Assembly: GCA_963734295.1 (NCBI GenBank)
Contig: CAVTGS010000019.1
Coordinates: forward strand, 19,437 to 83,436
Direction of reading: 5' to 3'
DNA length: 64,000 bases
DNA from: an uncultured beta proteobacterium
GTDB lineage: Bacteria; Pseudomonadota; Gammaproteobacteria; Burkholderiales; JAEUMW01
The position numbers were made by a program, and so were the translations under genes. The notes beneath the pieces were generated by a model, which worked only from the letters and a program-made list of their open reading frames with translations, was not told the DNA's origin and did not search any database. Below are positions 45,218 through 57,943 of the stretch, piece by piece (position 1 is the stretch's first letter; each line of letters begins with the position of its first letter).

Positions 45218-46054
45218 ATGGCAATCATTTTACTCCATCTCATCAACGCCCTGCTGTACGCAGGCGCAGCCGCCTATTTCTGGCGGACGCGCTGGCGGCC
45301 GGCCACCGTTCCGCCCACCCCCGACGGCGACCCGCACTCTGCGGGCTGGGAACACGCGATCATTTTGGCGCCGCTGGCCCTCCAGACTTGGCTTCTGTAC
45401 GCGACGATGTTCGGACCGGACGGGCTCTTTCTGGGTGTTGGCACGGCCTTCTCGACGATTGCATGGCTGTCGATCCTGATCTACTGGGTGGCGAGCTTGG
45501 TCTATCGGCAGGAGGGTCTGCAAACCCTCATCCTGCCGGTGGCTGCAGTGGCCGTCCTGCTGCCGGTCGTCTTTCCGGCCACCCGCCCGCTGGCCCACAC
45601 CGAGGTGCCGGCGTTCAAGCTCCACCTGGTGCTCTCGATGCTCGCCTACAGCCTCTTCACCATCGCGTCGCTGCACGTGTTGCTGATGGCCCTGGTGGAA
45701 CGGCGCCTGCACGGGGGAGCGCTCACCCGCGGCCTGCGCTGGATGCCGCCATTGCTCACGATGGAGAAGCTGCTGTTCCGCATCATCGGCGCCGGCTTCG
45801 TGTTGCTCACGCTGGTGCTGGTGAGCGGGATATTCTTTTCCGAAGAGGTTTTCGGCAAACCCATGTCGTTCAGCCACAAGACGATCTTCGCGTGGCTGTC
45901 GTGGGCCATCTTCGCGGCGCTGCTCGCGGGCCGCAGCATCTACGGCTGGCGCGGACGCATCGCCGTGCGCTGGACGCTCGCCGGTTTCCTCACCCTGGTA
46001 CTCGCTTACCTCGGCAGCAAGTTCGTGCTGGAGGTACTGCTGGGCCGGGGCTGA
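45218..46054 (+). CDS. ypjD: cytochrome c assembly (CcsA/YpjD-like) inner membrane protein
   Basis: Multi-TM; PPLLTMEKLLF, HKTIF, GWRGR, LAYLGSKFVLE; divergent from ffh as in E. coli. Confidence 0.85.
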   Translation: MAIILLHLINALLYAGAAAYFWRTRWRPATVPPTPDGDPHSAGWEHAIILAPLALQTWLLYATMFGPDGLFLGVGTAFSTIAWLSILIYWVASLVYRQEGLQTLILPVAAVAVLLPVVFPATRPLAHTEVPAFKLHLVLSMLAYSLFTIASLHVLLMALVERRLHGGALTRGLRWMPPLLTMEKLLFRIIGAGFVLLTLVLVSGIFFSEEVFGKPMSFSHKTIFAWLSWAIFAALLAGRSIYGWRGRIAVRWTLAGFLTLVLAYLGSKFVLEVLLGRG

Positions 46055-46102
46055 ATCCAGCCGCCCGGGCCGTCGCCGCCCTCCTCATCCACGCACCCGC
46101 GA

Positions 46103-47371
46103 TTGGACGACATCCCGATATCGGCGCTTCTGATCGCGCTTGCCGTCTGCCTCCTGCTCTCGGCGTTCTTTTCGATTTCCGAGACGAGCATGATGGCGCT
46201 CAACCGCTATCGGCTGAAGCACCTGGCCGACCAGGGTCACCGGGGTGCCCGGCTCGCGCAAAACCTGCTGTCCCAGATCGACAAGCTCCTGGGCGTCGTG
46301 CTGCTCGGAAACAATCTCGTCAATGCTTCGGCCGCTGCCTTGGTCACGGTGATCACCTTCCGCGTGTTGGGCGAGAACGAGTGGGCCGTGACCATCGGCA
46401 CGCTCGTGGTGACGTTCGCGATTCTGGTCTTCAGCGAAGTGACGCCGAAGGTGATCGGCGCCACCTATCCGGAGCGCATCGCCCTGCCGGCGGCCTACAT
46501 CCTGTCGCCGCTGCTCAAGCTCACCCGCCCCATCGTCTGGTTCGTCAATCTGTTCGTCCGTGCGCTCCTCTGGATCCTGCGCATCAAGCCGCGGGCCGAG
46601 GGCTCGCACAAGCTCAGCCTGGAAGAGCTCCGTTCCCTCGTGCTGGAATCGGGCACCTTCTTTCCGCAGAAGCACCGCAGCATCCTCATGAACCTGTTCG
46701 ACCTCGAAGACATCACGGTGGACGACGTGATGACACCGCGCAGGCGCATCGAGGCGATCGACATCGACGGCCCGATCGAAGAAGCGCAGCGCCAGATCGC
46801 CACCAGCTATCACACGCGGCTGCCGGCGTACAAAGGGCATCTGGACGAGATCGTCGGCATCATCCATGTCCGTAAGCTCATGAACCTCGTCAAGTACGGC
46901 GAACTCACCCGGGACAGCCTCGAAAGGGTGCTTCGGGACGGTTACTACATCCCTTCCGGAACGCCGCTCTTGAGCCAGCTGCAGCGGTTCCAGGAAAGCC
47001 GCGAAAAGCTCGGCCTGGTGGTGGACGAATACGGAGAGCTCATGGGGCTCGTCACGGTCGAGGACATTCTCGAGGAGATCATCGGCGAGTTCACCACCCA
47101 GTCACCCCTCCACGGCGGCACCTTCCAGGTCCAGGAGGACGGCAGCATCCTGGTCGAAGGCAATGCCGCGCTGCGGGAGTTGAACCGCAAGCTCGGCCTC
47201 GATCTGCCCGTGGATGGCCCCAAGACCGTCAACGGCCTCTTGCTCGAACACCTGCAGGACATCCCCGAGCCCGGCACGGGGGTCAAGATCGCGGGCTACC
47301 CGATCGAGATCCTGCAGGCACAGGAACGCGTCATCAAGTCGGTGCGCATCTTCCCCCGCCACCCCGCGTAA
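46103..47371 (+). CDS. HlyC/CorC family (CNNM + CBS + CorC) membrane protein
   Basis: SAFFSISETSM, LLGNNLVN, EVTPK, CBS VVDEYG; follows ypjD like E. coli yfjD. Confidence 0.9.
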   Translation: MDDIPISALLIALAVCLLLSAFFSISETSMMALNRYRLKHLADQGHRGARLAQNLLSQIDKLLGVVLLGNNLVNASAAALVTVITFRVLGENEWAVTIGTLVVTFAILVFSEVTPKVIGATYPERIALPAAYILSPLLKLTRPIVWFVNLFVRALLWILRIKPRAEGSHKLSLEELRSLVLESGTFFPQKHRSILMNLFDLEDITVDDVMTPRRRIEAIDIDGPIEEAQRQIATSYHTRLPAYKGHLDEIVGIIHVRKLMNLVKYGELTRDSLERVLRDGYYIPSGTPLLSQLQRFQESREKLGLVVDEYGELMGLVTVEDILEEIIGEFTTQSPLHGGTFQVQEDGSILVEGNAALRELNRKLGLDLPVDGPKTVNGLLLEHLQDIPEPGTGVKIAGYPIEILQAQERVIKSVRIFPRHPA

Positions 47372-47375
47372 GCGG

Positions 47376-47391
47376 CGGCATATTTATTGCT
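47376..47391 (+). promoter_or_regulatory. putative sigma54 (-24/-12) promoter upstream of pilC
   Basis: CGGCAT-ATTTA-TTGCT; exact GG-N10-GC spacing, close to TGGCAC-N5-TTGCW. Confidence 0.5.
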
Positions 47392-47562
47392 GAAAACCGC
47401 CTCGGCGGACCGCAGACACACGCCGGGCAGTCTCCCAGAACCCCCCATCACGCCAAGGTCTGCGGAGCTTGGCATCCACACCTGCCCGCCAGGAAACCTT
47501 CTGAGGCTGCAATGGATCCCGCGCCGCGGACTTGACCCGGCGCGTTCATCAGGGGACGTAGA

Positions 47563-48795
47563 ATGGCAACCGCAACCGCCACCGTAGGCGCCAGGAAAGA
47601 AGCCCAGGACCTCACCTTCGTCTGGGAAGGCCAGGATCGCACCGGCAAGACCGTCCGCGGCGAAGTCCGGGCACCCGGTGAAGCGCTGGCGAACGTCATT
47701 CTGCGGCGCCAGGGCATTCGCGTCCGCAAGCTCAAACAGCAGCGCCTCGGGCGCGGCCGGAAGGTTTCCGACAAGGACATCACCTTCTTCACGCGGCAAC
47801 TGGCCGTGATGATGAAGTCCGGCGTGCCGCTGCTCCAGGCCTTCGACATCGTCGCCAAGGGCCATTCCAACCCCGCCGTGCAGCGGATGCTGATGTCGAT
47901 CAAGCTCGACGTCGAGACCGGCAGCAACCTCGCCCAGGCGTTCTCGAAGTTCCCGCTCCAGTTCGATCCGCTCTATTGCAACCTCGTCCGCGCGGGCGAG
48001 GCAGCCGGTATTCTCGATAACCTGCTGGATCGGCTTGCGACCTACAAGGAAAAGATCCTCGCCATCAAGAGCAAGATCAAGTCGGCCCTCTTCTATCCGG
48101 CAGCGGTCATCGCGGTCGCGTTTCTGGTCACCGCGGTGATCATGATCTTCGTCATTCCGGCCTTCAAGCAGGTGTTCAGCAGCTTCGGCGCGGATCTTCC
48201 CGCACCAACGCTCGTCGTCATCGCCATCTCGGATTACTTCGTGGCGAACTGGTGGTGGATGTTCGGAATCATCGCCGGTAGCATCTGGTTCTTTTTCTAC
48301 AGCTGGAAGCGGTCCGCGAAGATGCAGGCGTTCATGGACCGGTTGATGCTGCGAATGCCGATCTTCGGTGACGTCATCCGCAAGGCCACGATGGCGCGAT
48401 GGGCGCGTACGCTCTCGACGATGTTCGCGGCCGGTGTGCCGCTGGTGGAGGCGCTCGATTCCGTGGCCGGCGCATCGGGAAACTACGTCTATTACGTCTC
48501 GACCAAGAGGATCCAGCAGGAAGTCAGCACGGGGGTCAGCCTGACACAGGCGATGCAGAATAGCGAAGTGTTTCCCAATATGGTGCTGCAGATGGTGGCG
48601 ATCGGCGAAGAGGCGGGATCGCTGGATGCGATGCTCTCGAAGATTGCCGATTTTTTCGAGCAGGAAGTGGACGACGCCGTGGAAGCGCTCTCCAGCCTGA
48701 TGGAACCGCTCATCATGGTGATTCTCGGCACGCTCATCGGCGGCATGGTGGTGGCCATGTACCTGCCGATCTTCAAGATGGGCGCGGTGGTCTGA
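47563..48795 (+). CDS. pilC: type IV pilus platform protein PilC (GspF family)
   Basis: FTRQLAVMMKSGVPLLQAF, AGEAAGILD, IGEEAGSLD, MYLPIFKMG. Confidence 0.95.
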   Translation: MATATATVGARKEAQDLTFVWEGQDRTGKTVRGEVRAPGEALANVILRRQGIRVRKLKQQRLGRGRKVSDKDITFFTRQLAVMMKSGVPLLQAFDIVAKGHSNPAVQRMLMSIKLDVETGSNLAQAFSKFPLQFDPLYCNLVRAGEAAGILDNLLDRLATYKEKILAIKSKIKSALFYPAAVIAVAFLVTAVIMIFVIPAFKQVFSSFGADLPAPTLVVIAISDYFVANWWWMFGIIAGSIWFFFYSWKRSAKMQAFMDRLMLRMPIFGDVIRKATMARWARTLSTMFAAGVPLVEALDSVAGASGNYVYYVSTKRIQQEVSTGVSLTQAMQNSEVFPNMVLQMVAIGEEAGSLDAMLSKIADFFEQEVDDAVEALSSLMEPLIMVILGTLIGGMVVAMYLPIFKMGAVV

Positions 48796-48834
48796 TCCGA
48801 AACGCGATCGGACGCGGCGCCACTTACGCATTCC

Positions 48835-49695
48835 ATGGAGGTCATCGGCGCCCTCCGCGCCTCGCCCGAGCTTTTCGCCGGCGTGGCGCTCGTCGTGGGC
48901 CTCCTGATGGGGAGTTTTCTCAACGTCGTCATCCACCGCCTGCCGAAGATGATGGAGCGGGAGTGGCAGGTTCAATGCGCCGAGCTGCGCGGCGAAACCG
49001 TTACCGATATCCCGCGGTTCAACATCGTCACGCCGCGCTCTGCGTGTCCCGCCTGCGGCCAGGCCATCACCGCGCTGCAGAACATACCCGTCGTGAGCTG
49101 GCTCGTGCTCGGTGGGCGGTGCGCGGCGTGCAAGGCTCGCATCCCGCTGCGGTATCCGCTCGTTGAAATCCTGACCGGCGTCTTGAGCGCATTCATCGCG
49201 TGGCGCTTCGGATTCGGCGTGGCCGCCCTCGGCGCGCTCGTCTTGCTGTGGTCGCTGATTGCGCTCGCGTTCATCGATCTCGATACCCAGCTCCTGCCCG
49301 ACAGCATCACCCTGCCCCTCCTTTGGGCCGGCCTTCTCTTCAACCTGTTCGGCACCTTCACCGACCTCGACGCCGCGGTGATCGGCGCGGTCGCGGGCTA
49401 TCTCATCCTCTGGACCGTGTATTGGCTGTTCAAGCTCTGCACCGGAAAGGAGGGCATGGGCTTCGGCGATTTCAAGCTGCTCGCGGCGATCGGCGCCTGG
49501 CTCGGGTGGAAGCTCTTGCCGGCGGTCATCCTGCTCTCGGCGGGTGTCGGAGCCGCGATCGGTATCGTCCTTATCCTGGTCGCGCGCCACGGTCGCAGCA
49601 CCCCCATCCCCTTCGGTCCGTACCTCGCCTTGGGCGGGCTCGCCGCCCTGATCTGGGGCGACAGCCTGACCCGCCTTTACTTCCTCGGCGCCTGA
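48835..49695 (+). CDS. pilD: prepilin peptidase/N-methyltransferase PilD
   Basis: GSFLNVVIHRLP, two CxxC pairs, IDLDTQLLPD, GMGFGDFKL, PFGPYLA. Confidence 0.96.
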   Translation: MEVIGALRASPELFAGVALVVGLLMGSFLNVVIHRLPKMMEREWQVQCAELRGETVTDIPRFNIVTPRSACPACGQAITALQNIPVVSWLVLGGRCAACKARIPLRYPLVEILTGVLSAFIAWRFGFGVAALGALVLLWSLIALAFIDLDTQLLPDSITLPLLWAGLLFNLFGTFTDLDAAVIGAVAGYLILWTVYWLFKLCTGKEGMGFGDFKLLAAIGAWLGWKLLPAVILLSAGVGAAIGIVLILVARHGRSTPIPFGPYLALGGLAALIWGDSLTRLYFLGA

Positions 49696-49766
49696 CGTTT
49701 TCGTCCGTGCGGGGGCTTTTCCAGCCCGCGTTTCACGCTGACAATGGCGGCCGGGAGGATTTCGTC

Positions 49767-50381
49767 ATGCCCTATATCATCGGTTTGACGGGCGGCATCG
49801 GCAGCGGCAAGTCCACGGCGACGCGCATCTTCGGCGCGCTGGGTGCGGCAGTCGTCGACACCGATGCGATCTCGCACGAGCTGACCGCACCAGGCGGCGC
49901 CGCCATGACCGCGCTGCGCCAGGCATTCGGTGCCGAGTGCCTCCAGCCCGACGGCAGCCTCGACCGGAAGGCCATGCGCGAGAGGGTCTTCACCGATGCC
50001 GCCGCAAGAAGCCGCCTCGAAGGTATCCTGCATCCGCTGATCCGGCTCGAGGCGGAGCGCCGGATCGCGGCTGTCGTGGCGCCATACGTGCTGCTGGTGG
50101 TCCCGCTGCTGCTAGAGACCGGACGCTATCTCGCGCTCGTCCAGCGAGTGCTGGTGGTCGATTGCGATCCCGAGATCCAGGTCACCCGCACGATGGCGCG
50201 GAGCAGCCTCGCACCCGAGGCCGTTGCCGCCATCATGGCGGCACAGATCGACCGCAAGGCGCGCCTGGCTGCAGCGGACGACGTCATCGACAACAGCGGT
50301 GACGAGGCCGCGCTGCGCGCGCAGGTGGAAGCCCTGCACGCCGCGTACGTCCGGTTCGCGGGGACGGCAACGGATCGCTGA
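49767..50381 (+). CDS. coaE: dephospho-CoA kinase
   Basis: IGLTGGIGSGKST, LEGILHP, VPLLLE; SD GGAGG upstream. Confidence 0.96.
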   Translation: MPYIIGLTGGIGSGKSTATRIFGALGAAVVDTDAISHELTAPGGAAMTALRQAFGAECLQPDGSLDRKAMRERVFTDAAARSRLEGILHPLIRLEAERRIAAVVAPYVLLVVPLLLETGRYLALVQRVLVVDCDPEIQVTRTMARSSLAPEAVAAIMAAQIDRKARLAAADDVIDNSGDEAALRAQVEALHAAYVRFAGTATDR

Positions 50382-50471
50382 AACACTGGCTTCGCGCCGC
50401 GTTTTCGTTTATTTTTGCGCCAACCGATGGACACTCTCGACCTCCCCGCTCCACCGACGCTGCGTTCCGCG

Positions 50472-51227
50472 GTGATCGCATATGAATATCCGCTGAACGA
50501 GCGCATACGGACGCTGTTGCGCCTCGAGGATCTGCAGCGCAGAGCGCGCTACTTCGCCGACGGGGAAGATCCGCTGGAGCACCATGTCGCGATGGTCACG
50601 GTCTTCGACATGCTCGACATCACGGCCCGCGCCGATCTCAAGTCCGAGCTGCTGCAGGAACTCGACCGCCAGCGGCAGGGCCTGGAAGTGCTGCGCAACA
50701 ATCCCGCGATCGCGCAGCATGCATTGGAGGGTGTGCTCGCCGATATCGAGTGTGCGCACTCGCGAATGCTTGCGGCGTCGGGAAAGGTCGGCCAGGAACT
50801 GCGGGAGAGCGAATGGTTGATGGGGATCAAGCAGCGCACCGCGATACCCGGCGGGGCCTGCGCGTTCGACCTGCCTGCCTATCACTACTGGCTGAACCAG
50901 GACGCCGAGCTCCGTCGCGCCGACCTTCGGAGCTGGATGGTGCCTTTCGAGCCCATCTGTGATGGACTGTCCATCGTGCTGCGCCTGTTGCGCGAGGGTG
51001 GCAAGACGAGCCAGCAAGTGGCGCTGCGGGGCGTGTTCCAGCTCATGCTCGCCGGCAAGGTCGCGCAGCTCGTGCGGCTGCGGCTCGATCACGCCCACGT
51101 CTGCGTGCCGGAGATCAGCGCCAACAAGTATGCCCTCAACGTCCGCTTCACGGGTCTTGGCAGCGCGGACCGCTCGCGGGTGGTCGAACAGGACATTCCC
51201 TTCGAACTGATGTTCTGCAGCCTTTAA
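50472..51227 (+). CDS. zapD: cell division protein ZapD
   Basis: [35 protein letters not shown]. Confidence 0.95.
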   Translation: MIAYEYPLNERIRTLLRLEDLQRRARYFADGEDPLEHHVAMVTVFDMLDITARADLKSELLQELDRQRQGLEVLRNNPAIAQHALEGVLADIECAHSRMLAASGKVGQELRESEWLMGIKQRTAIPGGACAFDLPAYHYWLNQDAELRRADLRSWMVPFEPICDGLSIVLRLLREGGKTSQQVALRGVFQLMLAGKVAQLVRLRLDHAHVCVPEISANKYALNVRFTGLGSADRSRVVEQDIPFELMFCSL

Positions 51228-51243
51228 GGGTCGGGGGAGCGCG

Positions 51244-51435
51244 ATGGCCTTACAGCCGAAGCCCAAGGTGGTGCCTTGTCCCCGCTGCGGCGCGCCGGTG
51301 GAATGGAGTGGCGCGAACCGCTTCCGCCCGTTCTGTTCCGAGCGCTGTAAGCTGATCGATCTCGGCGCCTGGGCGAGTGAGCGGTACCGCATCGCCGTGC
51401 CGGACGCCCCGCGCCATCCCGAGGAGAGCGAGTAG
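51244..51435 (+). CDS. yacG: DNA gyrase inhibitor YacG
   Basis: CPRC...[21 protein letters not shown]. Confidence 0.95.
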   Translation: MALQPKPKVVPCPRCGAPVEWSGANRFRPFCSERCKLIDLGAWASERYRIAVPDAPRHPEESE

Positions 51436-51450
51436 GCAGATCGCTCGCTT

Positions 51451-51858
51451 CTACTTCCCGGCAAAGAACGGTACCGCTGCCTTCTGGCCGGCCACCGTCA
51501 GCCCGAGGCTCCAGTCCTCGCGTCCCGAGATGCAGACCGGCAGCACCACCTGCGCCCGCCAGTGACCGTCCTGCCCGCGCGCAAGGTCGTAACGGTTGGG
51601 CACCATGTCCATTCCCGGCATCGTGAGCTCCGCGCCGACCGCGACCGCGCGCGGCGCATCGACCTCTATCACGAAGGGGCGCATCGCCCGCGGGGATTGC
51701 GAGAAACGCAGCGCGACGTCCTGCCCGTCCAGCTCGAAGCGACAACCCGCTACCGGGTCGGGGCAGGTCACGAGCTGCGCGCCAGGCGCCGGCTGGTGAC
51801 ACCCGTTGCCGAGGGCGGCTGCAAGCGCCGCGAGGAGGAAGCAGGAGGCGAGTCGCAT
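51451..51858 (-). CDS. exported hypothetical protein with YtkA/FixH-like Met motif
   Basis: Signal peptide ending ...LGNGC; MPGMDM; LPVC..GR.DW; starts 4 nt after the mutT-fusion stop. Confidence 0.7.
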   Translation of the reverse strand: MRLASCFLLAALAAALGNGCHQPAPGAQLVTCPDPVAGCRFELDGQDVALRFSQSPRAMRPFVIEVDAPRAVAVGAELTMPGMDMVPNRYDLARGQDGHWRAQVVLPVCISGREDWSLGLTVAGQKAAVPFFAGK

Positions 51859-51862
51859 CGCA

Positions 51863-52822
51863 TCACCGGTCGCCCGGCCACGCGCCCCGCATCATCGCGA
51901 TGCCGTGAGCGCCCCGGGACCACGCGACGGTGAGCTCCCCCGGACGTATGCCGCCCAGGGCGAACACCGGAAGTGGGTAGCTTTCGATGAGCCGCGCGAA
52001 TCGCTCCCAACCGAGGGTTGTCATGCCTTCGTGCGTGGGCGTCGGATGCACGGGTCCGAGCACCACGAAATCGAGTTTGAGCTCGGCTGCGCGGTCGAGC
52101 TCGGCGCGATCATGGCAGGAGGCCGCGCAGAGCTCGAGGTCGGGACGCGCTGCGAGCGACATCAGTCGCGCCGCGGAAAGGTGCACGCCATCGGCGCCGA
52201 TGCGTCGTGCGAGATCAGGCTCGCCATTCACGAGCAGCCTGGCGCCCGCGGCGTGACAGCGACGTGCCACCTCGTGCCCCAGGGCCTCCAGGGCGTCTGC
52301 GGCGAGCGTCTTCTCGCGCACTTGCACGAGTCGAAGACCGGTCGCGAGCGCGGCGTCCAGCCGCGCGAAAAAATCCGCCATGCCAAGCGCGGCCGCGCGG
52401 GTGATGCCGTAGACATGAGGCAGCGCGAGGCCGCGCAGGACGGGACCGTTGGCCGGCAGAAGCGGGGCGACGCCGACGTCGTCCACGCGCTGCCATGCAA
52501 TCGCCTGGCCTTCGTGCGGGTGGAGCGCGCCCGCCCAGTCGGTGACGCGAAAAAACCGCAGCCGCACGAAGGCGTGGGGATAGGGATAGGTCAGGGTGAT
52601 CCAGCGGTACGCCGTTCGGACCGTGATGCCGAGCTCCTCGAGGAGCTCGCGCGCGAGGGCGTCGGACAGCGCCTCGCCCGGCTCCACCTTGCCGCCGGGA
52701 AACTCCCAGTACCCCGCGTAGACCTTGCCGGGCGGCCGCTGCGCGAGCAGAAAGCGTCCTGTGCCGTCCGTGAGGACGGCGGCCGCGACCTCGGTGACCC
52801 GGGGCGCTGGCTCAGTCTGCAC
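51863..52822 (-). CDS. mutT: Nudix (MutT) hydrolase fused to a thiamine-phosphate-synthase-like domain
   Basis: Nudix box WEFPGGKVEPGE...RELLEELGI; C-terminal VQVREK, ADGVHL, ASCH, PVFALGGI. Confidence 0.9.
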   Translation of the reverse strand: MQTEPAPRVTEVAAAVLTDGTGRFLLAQRPPGKVYAGYWEFPGGKVEPGEALSDALARELLEELGITVRTAYRWITLTYPYPHAFVRLRFFRVTDWAGALHPHEGQAIAWQRVDDVGVAPLLPANGPVLRGLALPHVYGITRAAALGMADFFARLDAALATGLRLVQVREKTLAADALEALGHEVARRCHAAGARLLVNGEPDLARRIGADGVHLSAARLMSLAARPDLELCAASCHDRAELDRAAELKLDFVVLGPVHPTPTHEGMTTLGWERFARLIESYPLPVFALGGIRPGELTVAWSRGAHGIAMMRGAWPGDR

Positions 52823-53714
52823 GGCGCCGTCGCGCCCGGTGTCGCCCCGCCCAGTCGCGCGCGAACTGGAAGGCGACCCGTCCGCTGCGGGAACCACGGC
52901 CGAGCGCCCACTGCAGCGCCTCGCGCTCGAAGTGCGCTGCGTCCTTCACCGCCGCGCCGTGCCAGCCTGCCCAGTAGCGCACGATGGCAAGGTAATCGTC
53001 CTGGGTGAAGGGGTGGAACGACACCCACAGGCCGAACCGCTCGGAGAGCGAGGTCTTCTCCTCCACCGATTCGCCCGGATGGATCTCGTCCCCCACGCGA
53101 TGCGCCTCCAGGTTCTCCTGCATGTACTCGGGCATGAGGTGGCGGCGATTCGAGGTGGCATACACGACCAGATTCTCCGAGGTCGCGGCGAGCGAACCGT
53201 CCAGCACGGCCTTCAGGGCCTGGTAGCCGGGCTCCTCGGCGGCGAAGGAGAGGTCGTCGCAGTAGAGGATGAATCGTTCCGGGCGATCGCACACCAGGTC
53301 CACGAGGTCGGGGAGGTCGCCGAGGTCCTGCTTCTCGATTTCGATGACCCTCAACTTGCGGCGCGCGTACTCGTTCAGCAACGCCTTGACGAGGGAGGAC
53401 TTGCCGGTGCCGCGCGCGCCGGTGAGGAGCACGTTGTTGGCCGGATAGCCGGCGACGAACTGGCGCGTGTTGCGGTCGACGAGCGCTTTCTGAGCGTCGA
53501 TGCCGATGAGGTCGGCGAGCCGGATGCCGTGCGGCCGCCGCACCGGTTGCAGCTCGCCGCCGCGGCCCCGTTTCCGCCAGCGCCAGGCGATCGCCGCACG
53601 CCAGTCGGGCGGCGGCGCCGCAGTTGCCGCGAGCAGGGTCTCGGCGCGTGCCGCGAGCAGATCGAGGCGCGCGAGCACCGCGTCGAGGCCGTCGGCCGGC
53701 GAACGCTTCTTCAT
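52812..53714 (-). CDS. DUF815 family AAA+ ATPase
   Basis: PANNVLLTGARGTGKSSL, CDDLSF, YATSNRRHL, SLSERFGL, RSGRVA. Confidence 0.9.
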   Translation of the reverse strand: MKKRSPADGLDAVLARLDLLAARAETLLAATAAPPPDWRAAIAWRWRKRGRGGELQPVRRPHGIRLADLIGIDAQKALVDRNTRQFVAGYPANNVLLTGARGTGKSSLVKALLNEYARRKLRVIEIEKQDLGDLPDLVDLVCDRPERFILYCDDLSFAAEEPGYQALKAVLDGSLAATSENLVVYATSNRRHLMPEYMQENLEAHRVGDEIHPGESVEEKTSLSERFGLWVSFHPFTQDDYLAIVRYWAGWHGAAVKDAAHFEREALQWALGRGSRSGRVAFQFARDWAGRHRARRRRAD

Positions 53715-53737
53715 CGGCACGGGCAAGAGGCGCGCAG

Positions 53738-54967
53738 TCAACTGCGATAGTCCGCGTTGATGCTCACGTAATCGTGCGACAGGTCGCAGGTCCAGACGGT
53801 CGCGCGCGCTTCGCCGCGATCGAGCTCGACGCGAACCGTGATCTCGCTCTGGCCCATTACCCGCTGTCCGTCCGCCTCGCGGTAATCGGGATTGCGGCCA
53901 CCGCGCTGCGCCACGAGCACGCCGTCGAGGTAAAGATCGATGCGCGTCTGATCCAGATCGGCGATGCCGGCCTTCCCCACCGCCGCGAGGATACGGCCCA
54001 GATTCGGATCGGAGGCGAAAAACGCGGTCTTCACGAGCGGGGAGTGCGCGATGGAGAAAGCGACCCGGTCGCACTCCTCCCGGTTTCGCCCCCCCGTGAC
54101 TTCGATGGTGATGAACTTGGTGGCGCCTTCTCCGTCCCGCACGATCGCCTGCGCGAGCGTGCCCGCGACGTCGGTCACCGCCTCGGCGAACGCACGGAAT
54201 TCCGGACTCTCCGCCGCCGTGATCTCGGGCATGTCGGCCTGTCCGGTCGCGACCAGCACGAATGCATCGTTGGTGGAGGTATCGCCGTCGACCGTGATCC
54301 GATTGAACGAGCGGTCGGCTGCCTCGCGCAGTGCCGCCGCGAGCAGGGGCTGCGCGATGCGCGCGTCGGTCGCGACAAAGGCTAGCATCGTCGCCATGTC
54401 CGGATGGATCATGCCGGCCCCCTTCGCGATGCCGGTGAAGGTGACCGTGCAGCCGCCGACCACCACCCGCCGCGACGCCGCCTTCGGCAGCGTGTCGGTG
54501 GTCATGATCGCTTCGGCGGCGCCCAACCAGTTATCCGCGCGCAGATCGGCGAGCGCGGCGGGTATACCGTCGGCAAGCGTGCCGATCGGCAGGGGTTCCA
54601 TGATGACGCCGGTGGAAAAGGGGAGCACCTGCAGGCTTTCGCAGCCCAGCCGCATGGCCAGCGCGGCGCAGCTTTCGCGCGCCCGCCAGAGACCGTCCGC
54701 GCCGGTGCCGGCGTTGGCGCAGCCGGTGTTCACGAGCAGCGCCCGGATCTCGTGGCCGCACGCGAGGTGCTCCTGCGCCACGATCACGGGGGCGGCGCAG
54801 AAGCGGTTCTGCGTGAACACGCCTGCGACCCTCGCCCCGGGATCGAGCGCCATCACGAGCAGATCCTTGCGGTTCGCCTTGCGGATACCGGCCTCGGCAA
54901 CACCGAGGCGCACTCCGGCGATCGGCAGGAGCGCGGCGGGGTCAGGAGCGGCGAGGTTGACGGGCAT
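53738..54967 (-). CDS. argJ: bifunctional ornithine acetyltransferase/N-acetylglutamate synthase
   Basis: [36 protein letters not shown]. Confidence 0.97.
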   Translation of the reverse strand: MPVNLAAPDPAALLPIAGVRLGVAEAGIRKANRKDLLVMALDPGARVAGVFTQNRFCAAPVIVAQEHLACGHEIRALLVNTGCANAGTGADGLWRARESCAALAMRLGCESLQVLPFSTGVIMEPLPIGTLADGIPAALADLRADNWLGAAEAIMTTDTLPKAASRRVVVGGCTVTFTGIAKGAGMIHPDMATMLAFVATDARIAQPLLAAALREAADRSFNRITVDGDTSTNDAFVLVATGQADMPEITAAESPEFRAFAEAVTDVAGTLAQAIVRDGEGATKFITIEVTGGRNREECDRVAFSIAHSPLVKTAFFASDPNLGRILAAVGKAGIADLDQTRIDLYLDGVLVAQRGGRNPDYREADGQRVMGQSEITVRVELDRGEARATVWTCDLSHDYVSINADYRS

Positions 54968-54978
54968 CGAGCGCGCGG

Positions 54979-57696
<2,718 letters not shown>

Positions 57697-57726
57697 GATT
57701 ACCGAATCGGACCTCGAGATGAATAG

Positions 57727-57762
57727 AAAAGGGGTGAGGAGCCTCCGTGCGCTCCCCACCCC
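57727..57762 (-). terminator. intrinsic-terminator-like hairpin about 30 nt upstream of secA
   Basis: GGGGTGGGGAGC-gcacggag-GCTCCTCACCCC-TTTTCTATT (12-bp stem, one G-U). Confidence 0.65.
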
Positions 57763-57934
57763 CTCGTCTTTGTCCCTGTGCGCGCTGATCGCGGCGCTTG
57801 CGGGACTGCGCCGGATAGCGCCTCGTTCCGCCCTTACGACCACGCGGCGCCGAACACACCGCGTCGCCCCTTCGCTCGTCTGGCGCGCGTGCGCACGGCG
57901 CGCGACCAGGTTGTTCCCGTGACCGAAGCTAGCG

Positions 57935-57943
57935 ATACTACCA
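57935..57943 (-). promoter_or_regulatory. extended -10 promoter facing secA
   Basis: TGG-TAGTAT about 240 nt upstream of the secA start. Confidence 0.45.

Noticed and set aside
47470-47485. Second sigma54-like motif TGGCATCCACACCTGC upstream of pilC
   Set aside because: Spacing is GG-N11-GC rather than the obligatory N10.
51863-52822. MutT-ThiE-like fusion as a novelty
   Set aside because: A known architecture in Pseudomonas and many betaproteobacteria at this locus.
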